DNA from: Octopus vulgaris
Taxonomy: Eukaryota
DNA: 64,000 nt
Reading direction: 5' to 3'
Assembly (NCBI GenBank): GCA_951406725.2
Contig: OX597817.1
Span: 122,884,001 to 122,948,000, forward strand
Part shown: positions 14,870-28,185 of the stretch, one piece after another
Layout: every line of letters begins with the position of its first letter
Position numbering within the stretch: position 1 is the stretch's first letter
The notes under the pieces: model-generated
What the model was told of the DNA's origin: nothing
What the model saw: only the letters and a program-made list of their open reading frames with translations
Database searches by the model: none
Translations under genes and position numbers: made by a program

Positions 14870-15610
14870 TTCTTGTTGGACCAAAAATATTGATAGCTGA
14901 GTAATAAGTGCCACATTTACATCTTGCTTGTGTTTAACATTTCTATGAATCTACATAATGTAAGATGAGTAACGGTGACATGTTTGTGAAACACATTGCT
15001 AAACCTTCAATCTTATTGTTATAGGTAGGTGTCAAATTATTTTGTACTCATTCATACACATTCAAATATTGACTTAGAAATCAGCATTTTTGACGTCTTC
15101 CACATTGCACACAGCTAGCTTACACAATTTTGAAATGGAGTATAAAAACCTTAAGCTTTTCACTCAAATTCCCAAGGTCTTCAAATATTGATACAATATC
15201 AACTACATGCACAAATGCTATCACATAAAAGGATTTTTTTTTTATCAGAAAGGCATTTTTCAGATTTTCTTTGTACTAATTCTGCTGCAAGAACATCTGA
15301 AGTTTACAAAAACATCACTACCCAAAAATGGGAAAAAACAAAAGACAAGCAAAAACCTAAAATAGCTGTTATTGGGAAGTGGTTGACTTGAAAATGTATT
15401 AAAAGTAGTCACTGTCTTTCTCTTTTGAAATTGCATCTCTTTGTTTTTTTGATAGCTTGCTGTTGCATTAAACTTTTCACGTGCAGCAGCATAATGCAAA
15501 AAAAAATAGCACAAGAACCATTTACCAGAGCAGAGATGCTATATAAATGATTACTATCAGTTAAAGAAACATCAAATATTTTATCACTAAACCGATTACC
15601 ATTTTGAGCA
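14870..15610 (-). pseudogene. Degenerate RhoGAP-domain relic
   Basis: DKIFDVSLTD ... VHVVDIVSIFEDLGNLSEKL (15153-15212) ... HRNVKHKQDVN..ITQLSIF-(1-nt loss)-FGPT (about 14874-14945). Confidence 0.6.
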
Positions 15611-15841
15611 GGCAAGCCTAGATTTCTTTGGAATGTAGAAATATAAAAGGTGTTGTCATCATTCACTTTCAATCCATTCTTCTATAGGCATAAAACCCCA
15701 AATTTTAAGGGATGGATCTAGTTGATTACATCGACCTTGGGGCTCAAAAGTTACTTATTTTATCAACATCATAAGGATGAAAGACAAAGTTGACCTTGCT
15801 GGAATTTGAACTCAGAGAGTCTAAGCAATTTGTCCAGCACT

Positions 15842-15881
15842 TTCTGGCCTTTTGGCTAAGACCAAAGTGTATCATTCTGTT
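15842..15881 (+). pseudogene. U2 snRNA 5' fragment (about 40 nt)
   Basis: TTCTGGCCTTTTGGCTAAGACCAAAGTGTA matches the U2 5' stem-loop I and the start of the branch-point pairing region. Confidence 0.75.
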
Positions 15882-16009
15882 TGCGTACAAACTAATTTCT
15901 CTTAATTGTTACATATAGGTCTCTGCAAGACTATCTTCTTCAGAATCTCTGCACTTTTGCTGAATCATTCACATCAGGGGTGTTCCTATGTATTTGTTTT
16001 TTTGTTTTT

Positions 16010-16317
16010 TGGAGACTTTGTTTTTTCTCAAGCCATGTCTGGCTCTTAAGGGCCGGTTTCTTGGTTTCATTGGCATATAGGTTCCCTACCTGGACAGGAT
16101 GTTGGTCCATCACAGGTGAGCTACTAGATGCAGGAAGAAAGAGTGAGAGAAAGTTGTGGCAAAAGATTCAGCAGATGTTCGCCATTACCTTCTGTCAGAG
16201 TCGCATGGTGCTTAGGTGTTTTGCTCATAAACACACACATCACCTGGTCTGAGACTTGAACCCACAATCCCTTAACCACTAGTCCGCTGCTCTAACCACT
16301 GGGCCATGTGCCTCCAC
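16010..16317 (-). mobile_element. SINE family 3
   Basis: Reverse complement of 1246-1545. Confidence 0.85.
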
Positions 16318-16577
16318 TTTTGGGAGACTGCTAGTAGCTAATATCTTTTATTATATATCAGTTACTTGTGTCAGTCATAAGACTATGGCCATGCTGGGGC
16401 ACCACCTTAAAGAATTTTTAGCTGAAGGAAGCAATCACAGTACTTACTTTTTTCTAACCCTAGTACTTGATCTATTGGTTTCTTTTGTTGAACTGCTCAG
16501 TCATAGGGATGTAAACGTGTCAAAATTACTTGTCTAGTGGTAATGGGGGACAAACACAAACACACACACATTTATGT

Positions 16578-16858
16578 ATATAAAAATACTGTGTACATTT
16601 AAACACATAAGCGATGGCCATAACAGGTCATCTGACTCACTAGAAAGAGTAGCTAAACCACAAATCACTAATAGGGGTAATTTCGAAAGGGAATGAAAAA
16701 TATAAACATTTACCCTATATTTAACCTATATTTTATTTTTCATTCCCTTTTGAAATTACCCCTAATAGTGGTGTGTGGTTTAACTACTCTTTCTAGCGAG
16801 TCAGATGTTCTGTTATGATCATTTCTTAAGTAGTTAAATGTACACTGTATTTTTATAT
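16578..16858. repeat. Long imperfect inverted repeat (arms of about 130 bp, short spacer)
   Basis: 16578-16706 is the reverse complement of 16727-16858 (e.g. TCTGACTCACTAGAAAGAGTAG / CTACTCTTTCTAGCGAGTCAGA). Confidence 0.85.
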
Positions 16859-17446
16859 GAATAATATATAGTCTATTGACTAGTTTTTTCTTCTCACTAG
16901 ACCACTGGTAGCAAAGAAATTTTCTTAATTTCTTTTGCGACCCTAGGATTTATTAATTAATGATAAAACATATATATATATATATGAATGAGTGTGTGCA
17001 TCACCACCTTACCTCATTATGGCTTAACAGCCCTTAATGTTTGTTTTACTGTTTTGTTCTCACTGTCCTGTTTTTGTTACCACTTTAACCACTGAAAATA
17101 ACAAATTTTATTTAATTTGCTTGTGGGAATGACTGTTTTAATGAAGTCAAGTCTTGTCCCAAAGTTTGAAATACGGAGTAGATAAAACAGGGAATAACTG
17201 ATGAAGGGGAATGTTCTTTATGTTGTCTGTCTCGTTTCTCTATTTGTTTCTTTGGTTGTTCAGAAAAAAGTTCATTTTCCATGTTTTTGTCTTTTTATGT
17301 TCTCATTTTTCATTTGTACACGTTTTTTGACATCCTTTACCCATATATGCATGTATATATACATATATATGTAGGTATATACATATGTGTATGTATATGT
17401 GCATATATATATATATATGTATATGTATATATTATTTATATTATTA

Positions 17447-18475
17447 TCTCTTATTAAAAATCTGTTCTGTCTGTCTGTGTGTGTGTGTGTGTTTTCTCGT
17501 ATCTCGGGGCATCCTCCATCCGATTGTGCTCAAATTTGATATGTAGATACCGACGGTATCAGGGCGTGTATAAGTCTTGAAAAAATTACAAAAATCGATT
17601 CCAGGTGAGAATGCGATCGATAAAGCCATTTTTGTCCTGCTTTTCTTCCATCAATCTGAACATAACTGCACCTTCCATTTTCTGTTTTTTTTTTACTGCT
17701 TAAAGGCACGTTTCTTTCCTGCCAAGCTTACTGTTTAAACCATGCTTGTGTTCTCCCAGTCAACAGCCTTATCATTACTGGTACTTGAAACTCTTCGGTT
17801 GCATATTTGTGTGAATAAAATCGTTTTTCTTTGGAATAGAAAACAAGTCTATCTTTATTTCTTCTTTTGCTGGTGTCTCAAATTTAGGTTAAATTAGTGT
17901 TTCTCAAAGGGAGGCCTATGGGACGGTCAGACAAGTTGTTTTGAGAAAATTTGGTTTAAATGTTTGACAACTCAGCACCATCCATTGGACGGGGGGGAGG
18001 GGCGTTTCGCTCATTTTATATATATATAAAATATATATATATAAAATAGGCGCAGGAGTGGCTGTGTGGTAAGTAGCTTGCTAACCAACCACATGGTTCC
18101 GGGTTCAGTCCCACTGCGTGGCATCTTGTCAAGTATCTTCTGCTATAGCCCCGGGCCGACCAATGCCTTGTGAGTGGATTTGGTAGACGGAAACTGAAGG
18201 AAGCCTGTCGTATATATGTATATATATGTGTGTGTCTGTGTTTGTCTGTATATGGTGGTGTGTTTACGTCCCCGTCACTTAGCGGTTCGGCAAAAGAGAC
18301 CGATAGAATAAGTACTGGGCTTACAAAGAATAAGTCCCGGGGTCGCATTTGCTCGACTAAAGGCGGTGCCCAGCATGGCCGCAGTCAAATGACTGAAACA
18401 AGTAAAAGAGTAAAAGAGTAAAAGAGATATATATATGTTTTAATTAGACAGTCGGATTCCCCCGGTCCGTACAAG
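17447..18475 (+). mobile_element. Non-autonomous Helitron-type element containing a SINE
   Basis: A|TC start followed by (TCTG)n/(TG)n; 3' CGGA..TCCG hairpin then CAAG|T. Confidence 0.6.
18049..18426 (+). mobile_element. SINE family 1, full-length young copy
   Basis: GGCGCAGGAGTGGCTGTGTGGTAAGTAGC head, CpG-rich body, (GTAAAAGA)3 tail. Confidence 0.9.
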
Positions 18476-18476
18476 T

Positions 18477-18820
18477 GTGAAGGCGCATGGCTCAGTGGTT
18501 AAAGCGTCGAGCTTACGATCGTAAGGTTGTGAGCTCGAATCCCGGACCGGGCTGCGTGTTGTGTTCTTGAGCAAGGCACTTTATTTCACGTTTCTCTAGT
18601 TCACTCAGCTGTAGAAATGAGTTGCAACGTCACTGGTGCCAAGCTGTATCGTCCTTTGTCTTTCCCTTGGATAACACTGGTGGTGTGGAGAGGAGAGGCT
18701 GGTATGCATGGGCGACTGCTGGTCTTCCATAAAGAACCTTGCCCGGACTTGTGTCTAGGAGGGTAACTTTCTAGGTGCAATCCCATGGTCATTCATGACC
18801 GAAGGGGGTCTTTACCCTTT
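18477..18820 (+). mobile_element. tRNA-derived SINE with a distinct body
   Basis: GGCGCATGGCTCAGTGGTTAAAGCG A box, TCGAATCCC B box, then GTGTTGTGTTCTTGAGCAAGGCACTT core. Confidence 0.85.
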
Positions 18821-19029
18821 TATATATATGTATACACATATATACACATACATATGATGGGCTTCTTTCAGTTTCCCACTATTAAATCCACTCACAAGAC
18901 TTTGGTTGGCCTGAGGCTATAGTAGGAGACACCTAAGGTGTCACACAGTGGATCTGAGCCCAGAACCATGTAGTTGGGAAGTAAATTTCTTGCCAAACAG
19001 CAACGAGTTTTGTATCATATTTTGGACAA

Positions 19030-19483
19030 TAGTTGATGTCTTTTCAGGCAAGTCAGCAGTACTTTCTAGCATTGCAGATACAACCGTTTCCACTTTAGTG
19101 GCACATGACTGTGATTAGTAGCCTGGTTTTGAATTTCATTTCTGTTAGTAAACATTCAACTTTACATGTCGAGTGCTTGTCACATCTCCAATATATGACA
19201 TTCTTGACAGTCATGATGCTAACATATAAACAGACATTAAGAATTAACTTAATGTTTTTCTTTTCTACACATCACACAAACTCCTCAGCTATGGGCAAAA
19301 ATAATCGATATTGATCTGACAAAGGAAGACTTAGTGAATTTTATATGGTATTGTCTGATTGGTTGATCTGAAGTTTGATGTCTACAAAGTTATATTAAAT
19401 AACAATCGGAAATCACTGTTGAGAAGGAAATCTTTCTAAAATGCAATATATTCATAAATAAAGCTATTTGAAAATTTGTGATA

Positions 19484-19490
<7 letters not shown>
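19030..19490 (-). mobile_element. Mutator-like (MULE) transposase relic
   Basis: FLYWCH-like KLILNVCLYV..IYWRCDKHSTCK..NHSHVP and TNFQIAL..N..F....ISDCY resembling the DFE.A..NA..FP..GC.FH motif. Confidence 0.55.
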
Positions 19491-19535
<45 letters not shown>

Positions 19536-19587
19536 GTGTGTGTGTATAGCATGGAAAGCGGACGTTAAACAATGATGATGATGATGA

Positions 19588-19627
<40 letters not shown>

Positions 19628-19789
19628 ATATATAAGCACATGTAGTGCTAAGAGGGTGAGGTGAACATTTCATACACTGACAATGAAGGAGTGTTGCTAG
19701 AGATGTAAAATCTTGCATGCATTAGTTTTCACACTTCTTATTTATAACTACATTGTTTCTTTCCAGGTAAACTGATGCCTTACTGTTCA

Positions 19790-20902
19790 AAGTAGGCATA
19801 TAGATAAAATTTGACATTGTGTAGTGTTATCATGTACCTTCAGAAAAGGGTTTATTCCCCAATGACATTCATACCGACATGGTTGTTACATAGGGTGATG
19901 ATACTTCATCTTCATAACCAATGCAAAGTAGGCTGCTGAATTTAGGTGGGGGAAGGACAGTTTTGAAAATGACCCAAGGTCTGGACGTCCATGCAATTGT
20001 CACCATGGAGGTGGCATCGATCATATTCACCACATGGTCATAGATGACAGACAGTTGACTGTAAGTAAAATTAATAATGCTATTAGCATTTTCTGCATGA
20101 AAGTTCAGAATATTCTGTAGGATGAACATGTTATGACACAGGTTTCTGCTCACTGAGTATCATGTCTTCTGACACATGATCGTAAGTGTACCAGGCTGAT
20201 TACCTCACAGGAAAATCTGACATCATTTGAAGCAGATCAAGATAGTTACCTTGAACGTTTCCTAAACCAGGATGAGTGTTGGTTTCATCACTTTGAGCCA
20301 GAGACAAAGAGACAGTCCATGCAGGGGAAACATCCTTCCTCACCAGCTCCAAAGAAGGCTATAATTATTTCATCTGCAGGAAAGATGATTGCTTCAATGT
20401 TTTGAGATGCAAAAGGCATTGTATTTATTGACTATTTTAAAAGGGCCACACCATCGATGGAGAGTACCATGCCAATTTGCTGAGGCAGTTATGAAAGGCT
20501 ATCAAGACTAACCGCCCAGGAAAACTGATGAAAAGGGTTTAATTTCAGCCGGACAATACTCCAACACATAAGTCCTTAGTTTCAGTGGCTGCTGTGCATG
20601 ACTGTGGCTTTGAACTGGTTGATGATACTCCCTCTTCTCCTGATTTAACTTTATCTTACTTCTTCAACATAAATAACACTTGACTGTATTGCAGTGATGG
20701 TGATATCATATCTACTATTGATGAGGTTTTTTTACTCACAGGATGAAAGCTTCTTCAACAATGGGATTAAAGCACTGCAACACAAATGGAAGAAATGTGT
20801 GGACTGCAAGGGCACCTTTGCTGAAAACAATATAAATCTCATTTAGTCACAGTCCATGAGAGTATCTTGGTTTGCTTATGAACTTTTCAGCTGACCCTTG
20901 TA
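19790..20902 (+). mobile_element. Decayed mariner transposase
   Basis: ENDPRSGRP, QDECWFHHFEPETKRQSMQ, DNTP.H and SPDL motifs; right TIR GAACTTTTCAGCTGACCCTTG-TA; many stops and frameshifts. Confidence 0.9.
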
Positions 20903-21430
20903 TGTGCACACATTCCCTTTCTCTCTCTCTGATCATGTACTAGTGTTCATTGGCAGAAGTTGCAGAATGACTCAAAGGTACTTATAAGTGCCATATATGA
21001 AAATCTCAGCACTTGAAATGCTTTGTAAATTCTACCTGTTAAAAATAATAAAATCTGCAGCCCAGTGGCTGTTGGGTAAGAAGCTTGCTTCTTAACCACA
21101 TGGTTCTGGGTTCAGTCTCACTGCGTGGCACCTTGAGCAAGTATATTCTACTACAGCCTCGGGTTGACAAAAGCCTTGTGAGTGGATTTGGTAAACAGAA
21201 GCTAAAAGATGCCAGTCATGTATGTATATATATATATATATATGCCTTCTAAATATAAAAAACTATCTCACCACTCCTATATCTTGACCCCCTCCCCACT
21301 ATTTTCCTCTGCTACTCTATAAATTATAATTATAATATATTATACCACAAATATAACATAATGAAACAATGTAATTAGTTTGGTTTCTAGTATTGATATA
21401 AATTTGTTAAACATTGTTTATCCTTTATAT

Positions 21431-21848
21431 TTATTTCTTTACTACCCACAAGGGACTAAACATAGAGGGGACAAACAAGGACAGACAAAGGGATTAAGTT
21501 GATTACATCGACCCCAGTGCGAAACTGGTACTTTATTTATCGACCTTGAAAGGATGAAAGGCAAAGTCGACCTTGGCGGAATTTGAACTCAGAACGTAAC
21601 GACAGACGAAATACCTATTTCTTTATTACCCACAAAGGGGCTAAACACAGAGGGGACAAACAAGGACAGACATAGTTATTAAGTCGATTACATCGACCCC
21701 AGTGCGTAACTGGTACTTAATTTATCGACCTCGAAAGGATGAAAGGCAAAGTCGACCTCGGCGGAATTTGAACTCAGAACATAACAACAGACGAAATACC
21801 GCTGAGCATTTCGCCCGGCACGCTAACGTTTCTGCCAGCTCGCCGCCT
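21431..21848 (-). mobile_element. SINE family 2, dimeric
   Basis: Reverse complement of the GGCGGCGAGCTGGCAGAAACGTTAGC head; duplicated body; TSD TTTATCCTTTATATT at about 21417 and 21850. Confidence 0.9.
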
Positions 21849-21944
21849 TTTTATCCTTTATATTGGAAATCTATATGGTATTCTACATCTGAGGAGAGCG
21901 GTTTCTTTTAAATTGATGTAATGTTTCCATTGATTGATTAAAGA

Positions 21945-22570
21945 GAGCTGCTCGAACCGGCCATAATGTATTGATACCTGGACATAACCAGTGATCAAAC
22001 TCTTTGGAAATATGCAGTGTGTGAGAAGACCTGACAAGCCATGGGAGACCATAACCTGTGGCCTATGCCAGGGGTGTAACCAGCCCACTTATGTGTACCT
22101 TTCCTTTATTGGACACTAAGACCTTTTGAGGCAAGTGAAATTGAATCAAATTCGATGACTGGCACCCGTGCCAGTGGAGTGCTAAGAGCACCATCTGAGT
22201 GTGATCATTACCAGAGCAGCTGACTGGCTTCCATGCCGGTGGCACATAAAAATGCTGGTGGCACGTGAAAAAACATTCGAACAAGGTTGTTGCCAGTGCT
22301 GCTGGACTGGCTCCTGTGCAGGTGGTATGTAAAAAAACACCATTTGAGCATGGCCGATAAAAAGTATTACATTGCCTGACTGGCCCTCATGCCGGTGGCA
22401 TGTAAAAGCACCCAGTACACCCTCAGAGTGGTTGGCATTAAGGAGGGAATCCAGCTGTAGAAACTCTGCCAGATCAGATTGGAGTCTGGTGCAGCCATCT
22501 GGTTCGCTAGTCCTCAGTCAAACCATCCAACCCATGCTTGCATGGAAAGCGGACATAAAATGATGATGAT
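21945..22570 (+). mobile_element. RTE LINE 3' UTR fragment
   Basis: GAGTGGTTGGCATTAAGGAGGGAATCCAGCTGTAGAAAC ... GCATGGAAAGCGGAC-(ATG)n tail shared with copies at 30870, 34400 and 41594. Confidence 0.8.
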
Positions 22571-22679
22571 ATATACTTGTATATGGTGTGTTGTGAATTC
22601 AAGAGAATTTAAAAATAAATGAGAGAATTTAAAATTCTCTTATATATTTTAACATCTTCTCTTCTCTTCTCCATTTTTA

Positions 22680-23570
22680 ACAAAGTTGTTGAGTTATAGG
22701 ATTCCTTTCCATAAATTTACAACACTTCATATACAAGTATTATTCTCATATTTACAAACTTATGCCAGTAAGCTACCAGCAAAATATGAAAAATCTTTTA
22801 TTTTTGGAAACCTCCGAATTAAATGACAAATCTAATTCATCCTTTTTACACACCTACGCACATATGTATGAATGTATGTGTGTGTATATACATACCCATG
22901 TATTGAGTTCTATTTGTATTCTTTGTTCTACTGAGTTTATGTCTATCTCTTTGTGTGTATATGTGTGTGTGCGTCTGTGCATGTATGCATTTATATAAAC
23001 ATATATATTTACATTTACATATATAAATACACACACACACACTAACACACACATACATTCACGTGTGTGAGTGCATGCATATATGCATGTGTATTAACAT
23101 ACACACAAGTGTTTGCGTTATTTAAGCATGGATAATTAAGCATATGCAGTGTGTTCTATAAGACTTATTATCATATATCCCAAAAACACAAAAGTAGTTG
23201 GAAGATAACATATATGGATGTTTGAAAGTAGTTACTGCTAAAATAATTATATTTCCAAATGTTCTAAATTTATTTTATATTGTAATTACAAACTGTTGAT
23301 ATACATGAAGTCACGAAAGTCTCATGCTCATGTACAGGCTTGTATTAAAACAGCTCATTATTTATTATTAAAGGTATATAAAAGTGACCCCATTAAGTTG
23401 GGGCATGAAAAACTTGGAAGTATGAAATGCAACTAAGGTTTAATATGAACTCTTCAATATTATGGATTGTAATAATAATAAATGAAACAGCAACACCCAT
23501 GAGAATTATGCTATAATTTTGTAAACGTTTAGACTGGTGGAGGTTTATTGATAACTATAAAAATATATAA
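22680..23570 (+). pseudogene. Degenerate RhoGAP-domain relic split by a microsatellite
   Basis: IQVLFSYLQTY..ELNDKSNS | DLLSYIP..YRLVLKQLI..NMNSSILWIV..VE-FIDNY. Confidence 0.45.
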
Positions 23571-23691
23571 TTTCCTTTGAAATTGGCTTTTGTGAAACAT
23601 TTGTTTCCTAGGGTTGTGTAAATTTTAGATAGGTGGTTAGAATGAAAGGTGCAACCTTGGAAGAGAAAACATCCTTGAAAATTATAAAGTA

Positions 23692-24084
23692 CAAGAGTTA
23701 TCGCCCGGTGTTGCACGGGCTTGTTTCAACCCATTAGAATTGGAATTTTTGAAAAGTAAAAAATTTTGCATTATGTAGCTTGTTATTCTCTTCAAGTGAA
23801 CATTTTTCTGGTTGGAATACACCGAAAAATGGTGACATAGCAGTCAAAAAATCGTAAAAAATAGGGATTTTCATAGAAAAAAAGCACCTTTTTGATGTAA
23901 ATAATTTTTTGGTGTTAACATGGTCCGATTTGAATTTTTCTTCTATGGAATAAAGAGCAAGCCTTCTTCTATCATACTCTCAATTTTGGTTAACTTGCAT
24001 CGCAGGGTCTCGGAGGAGATAGTGTTAGTTGAAGGCTACCAAACCTGCCATACACAGACAACTTCAGCTTTATATATAGAGAGA
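23692..24084 (-). mobile_element. Short non-autonomous Helitron-type element
   Basis: Minus strand starts A|TCTCTCTATATATAAAG and ends CCCGTGCAACACCGGG hairpin + CTTG|T. Confidence 0.75.
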
Positions 24085-24774
24085 TTACATTGCATGTTTG
24101 TCTGTCAGAATGATGAGAGCCATCTACTTATTTTAGGATGACGATGTTTTCATGCAGTGACTCTGTTCAAAGTGAAGAAGAGTTGTGTACTGTCAGTCCC
24201 ACTCTCTCATCCATGACCATCTTCAATCCAACAGCAAGACCAGGTCAAGTGTACCATGAACAGCATTCATCATTATCATCAGCATTTAACAACCATTGCC
24301 CATGCTGGCATGGCTTTGACGGTTTGACCAGGGCTGGTAAGCTGAGAGGCTGCACCAAACTCCAATTTGAAATAATATATCCTTTTTTATTTCATTTTTT
24401 TTAAAGTGCACAGGTGGGATTGTATAGTGATTTGGCTGGTATTTCTAGCAGGTCATGCGAGTGCATAAAAACTCACCTGTTATTTAATGTTTCATACAAT
24501 TTCTCTCTATAAAGCTGGTGAAGTGGCCAAATCGTTAGATCATTGGAAAAATTGTCTTGCAGTATTTATCCCTACACTTAATGACGCGAGTTCAAATTTT
24601 ACCAAGGTCACCTTTGCTTTTCATCCTTTGGGGGTCATTAAATTAAGTACCAGTCAAGTACTGGGCTCGATGATGTCAACTAACTCCCGCTTATACTCGC
24701 TGGCATTATGCCTAAATAAGTAGCAATTATTCTTACATATAGACTTATCTTTAAAACTTTAAACTTTGTTATAG

Positions 24775-25023
24775 CTATTAGGTCTCAGTACTAAAACCAC
24801 TAAACTATACTCTCATTAAACATCAATTTCCTGCTGAACATCAATGAATATCTATTATATAAAGATAGAGCCATTACAAGGTTAAAAATTCATAACCTAT
24901 CAGCAAAATGTTTGCATATCTCCATCTTACGATATTGGAAATATTTATATATTTGATATGATACAATATTTCTTTCTTTATAGTCTTCATTCTTTTGTCC
25001 TATAGGCACACACACAGACACAC

Positions 25024-25072
<49 letters not shown>

Positions 25073-25350
25073 AAAAGATAGTGTGTTACTCATATTTTGA
25101 TGTGAAAAATATTATTTACCAACCAATTCTTCAGATGAATTCTAGAATTGCAGACAGAAAAATATATATTTTTAAATGTATTTAGTTGTTGCTCTTTCTG
25201 TTATTATTGTTATCATAGATATTGCACAGAATACAACATTGTAGATTGAAGATATTGTGTGTACTGAGGATTTGTGTAGCTTGTCAAGTCACAGCAAGGG
25301 CCTCAGACAAACAGTACTTTATACAGTACACGTGCACAATTTTTTTCAGT
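24775..25350 (+). pseudogene. Degenerate RhoGAP-domain relic
   Basis: LLGLS..LLNINEYLLYKDRAITRLKIHNLSA ... ILHRIQHC..LRICVA..QYFIQYTCTIF (overlaps ORF 25222-25404). Confidence 0.55.
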
Positions 25351-25569
25351 TTTCAGGTCCCATATTTGTGGACCTTTGCTCTTTCTTTCATGACAATATG
25401 TTGATCAAGCTCGTCTATGTCAATTATTAAGGACTTTTGCTAGTCCCTCGTAAAGGTTACTATATCTAGCCTTTGGTGCTCGAACACCATGTCTCTAAGA
25501 CCAGCTGATCGAAGCGCAGTTTTCAGACCTCCAGTTGCAAAGGTCTCACTCAGTACTATTCCTGTCAGC

Positions 25570-28110
25570 CTTTTTAAGACATGTCTTTTGAATATATTGT
25601 TTATAAAATTTGCGTAGGTGTTATTCTAAACAGCAATAGTGGTAAAGTTAGGTAGGAGGTGGGGGAGAGGAAGAAGACAAAGAAGAAGAAAGAAAAAGAG
25701 AAGGGAGAATAAGAGAGGAATGTAGGTGGTATGATAGTAGTAGGATGTTAAATGGTCAAGTGACCTAAAAGTGAATCATTATGGATTATAGCAGTTATTG
25801 GGACTGTTTTGTAATGAATTCTTAGGAATCACTTGAGTGTATCATTTTTGATATTTATGTGTATGTTTGTGTTATTCTAAGGCCGTGGTGGATATGTTGT
25901 TTGTTGTAGATGCGTTCAAAAGGGATCTGTATTTTGTAATAAAGAGAATCTCTTTACTAATTCGTTGGCTACAGGTTGTATTGTCCCTGAATTGGTAAAG
26001 GGGAAAAATTCTGAAGCTTGAATTTTTGTTATTGGTGCAAATGTCGATGTGTTGGCTGAATGCTGTTTTCTGTTTTGGGGAATTTTGATCTGGGATCTGT
26101 GCAGAGCCATCCTTTTACATAGACTGTTTTTAGTTTGGCCTATGTATTGCTCTTGACACCTAGAGAAGGCTAGTGCGTATATCAGGTTCTCCGAAGTACA
26201 TGTGAAGCTGCTTTTCACTGTGAAACGTTGTCCCTGTTTGAAGGAGAACTCTGATCCCTCAATTAAATTGACGTGTATTCCATAGTTGGCTCTTCCACAT
26301 TTTTTTACTGATGGCTTCTGTGTTGTTGTTGAGCGAATTCGGGTTTGTGTTAGGAGACTTTTCATAGATTTGGGTTGTCTCTTGCTTTTTATGATAGTGT
26401 GTGTTTGGAGTATTAAGTTCATTTTGTGGTCCATTTTTAGTAGGAGAATGTTTTGAAGGATGGTGTCTAAGGCTTCATTGTTAAGAGGATTGTGTGTGGA
26501 TATGTATGGTAGGGCTTTTGGTTGTAAATTCTTTAGTTTGGGAATTTAGTATATATAGTATATATCCGTTTCTATTACGTTGTTAGATTTCTTTATGAGG
26601 ATGTCAAGGAAGGGAGGTTGTTGCTGGCTATATTCCATTGTGAATTGAATGTTCACGTCAAGTCCATTTATAAGTGCTTGGAATTCTTTAAGTCTCTCTA
26701 TACTTTCATGCCAAAAAATGAAACAGTCATCCAGGTATCTCTTCCAGTTATTTTCTATGTAGAGGAAGAATGGGCTGTTGTATTTTTCTAGAACCTTACA
26801 ATAAAGACTAATTTCTAGATATCCCATGACTAGGTTAGCAAAGGAGAGGGGTCATTCTCGTACCCATCGTAGTCCCCAATCTTTTCGATAGAAGTTGTCT
26901 TTGAAGACGAAGTAGTTATTCTCCAAGATAAATTTTAGCCCTTCTATCACGAATTCTTTTTTGATGCGATGTGGGAGTTCGTTGGCGTAATTCTCTAGCC
27001 AGAATTGAATTGCCTTTGTTCCTAGGTTGTGGGGATATTGGAATAGAGTAGGGTGATTTTGTTTATTGTTTCAGGAAGGTGATTGGGCATATCCAGGTCG
27101 TCCTTTATATAGCTTTTGACACGCTTGAGGAATGGTTTTAAGAGAATATCTAAAACGTTACTGAGGTGGTGGGTTTTGCATGCAGGACCTGCAATTATAG
27201 GCCTCAAATTGAGGTCATTAGGAGTAGGGGCTTTGATTATTATGTCTGTGGCTCTCTTGCATGTATTACTTATTTTCTCACTTTTGTGTATCTTGGGAAT
27301 ACCGTCGAATTGACTGCTTTTACTTTTGAAATTGGTCATATAGTCATATTCTTTGTTGGTGAGCCCTTCTCTGTATAGGTTTAACATGGATCACGGCTTT
27401 AGAATAACACAGACACACACGCAAATATTAAAAATGACCCACTCAAGAGATTCCCAAGAATTCATTAAATAAACAGTTCCAATCACTGCTATAATCCATA
27501 ACGAGTTAATTTTAGGTCACTTGACCATTTAACATCCTACTACTATCATGCCACCTACATTCCTCTCTTATTCTCCCTTCTCTTTCTCCTTCTTCTTCGT
27601 CATCTTCCTCTCTGCCACCTCCTTCCTAACTTTACCACTATTGCTGTTTAGAATAACACCTACGCAAATTTTATAAACAATACATTCAAAAGAGATGTCT
27701 CAAGAATTCAATCACTACTACCATTCACGAGTCACTTTCAGGGCACTTGACCGCTTAAAATCCTACTACTAGCATGGCACTCCCACATTATTTGTCTTCT
27801 CCTCCTCCTCCTCCTTTTTCTTCTTATTCTCCTTTCTTCCCAGCCAAGTATTCACAACGACCTCGAACCCACAAGAGTAAACAAGAGAGACAGAGACAGG
27901 CAGAAACAAGGAAAATGCCCCTTGTATTTGAATACTATGCAAATATTCTTTTAAAAAAACTTTTCTCTTTATTTTTCCAAAATTTAATTGTTTTCCATAC
28001 TTACAGTTGAAAAAGACTCAATGACTGAAACCGGTACTGAAATGTATTTGATAAAATTATTTTAGCATTTTCTGCCTTGACTTTTTTTTTCCATATATAT
28101 ATCAACTCGT
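25570..28110 (-). mobile_element. Penelope-like retroelement, 5'-truncated, with inverted terminal repeat
   Basis: RT motifs GIPKIHK, LRPII, LYSNIP, GTTMG, RYLDDCF, PFLD (27387-26546); GIY-YIG NLIYAL..C.EQYIGQT (26434-25916); 25570-25890 is inverted relative to 27390-27705. Confidence 0.92.
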
Positions 28111-28185
28111 GTGTTCCTTTTCAACCTTCTATATATATATATGTGTGTGTATATATATATATGTGTGTGTATATATATATATATA

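Noticed and set aside
19330-19490. Additional RhoGAP relic (KDFLLN)
   Set aside because: Another frame fits a MULE transposase motif next to a FLYWCH-like finger. This shows the false-positive risk for the weaker RhoGAP calls.
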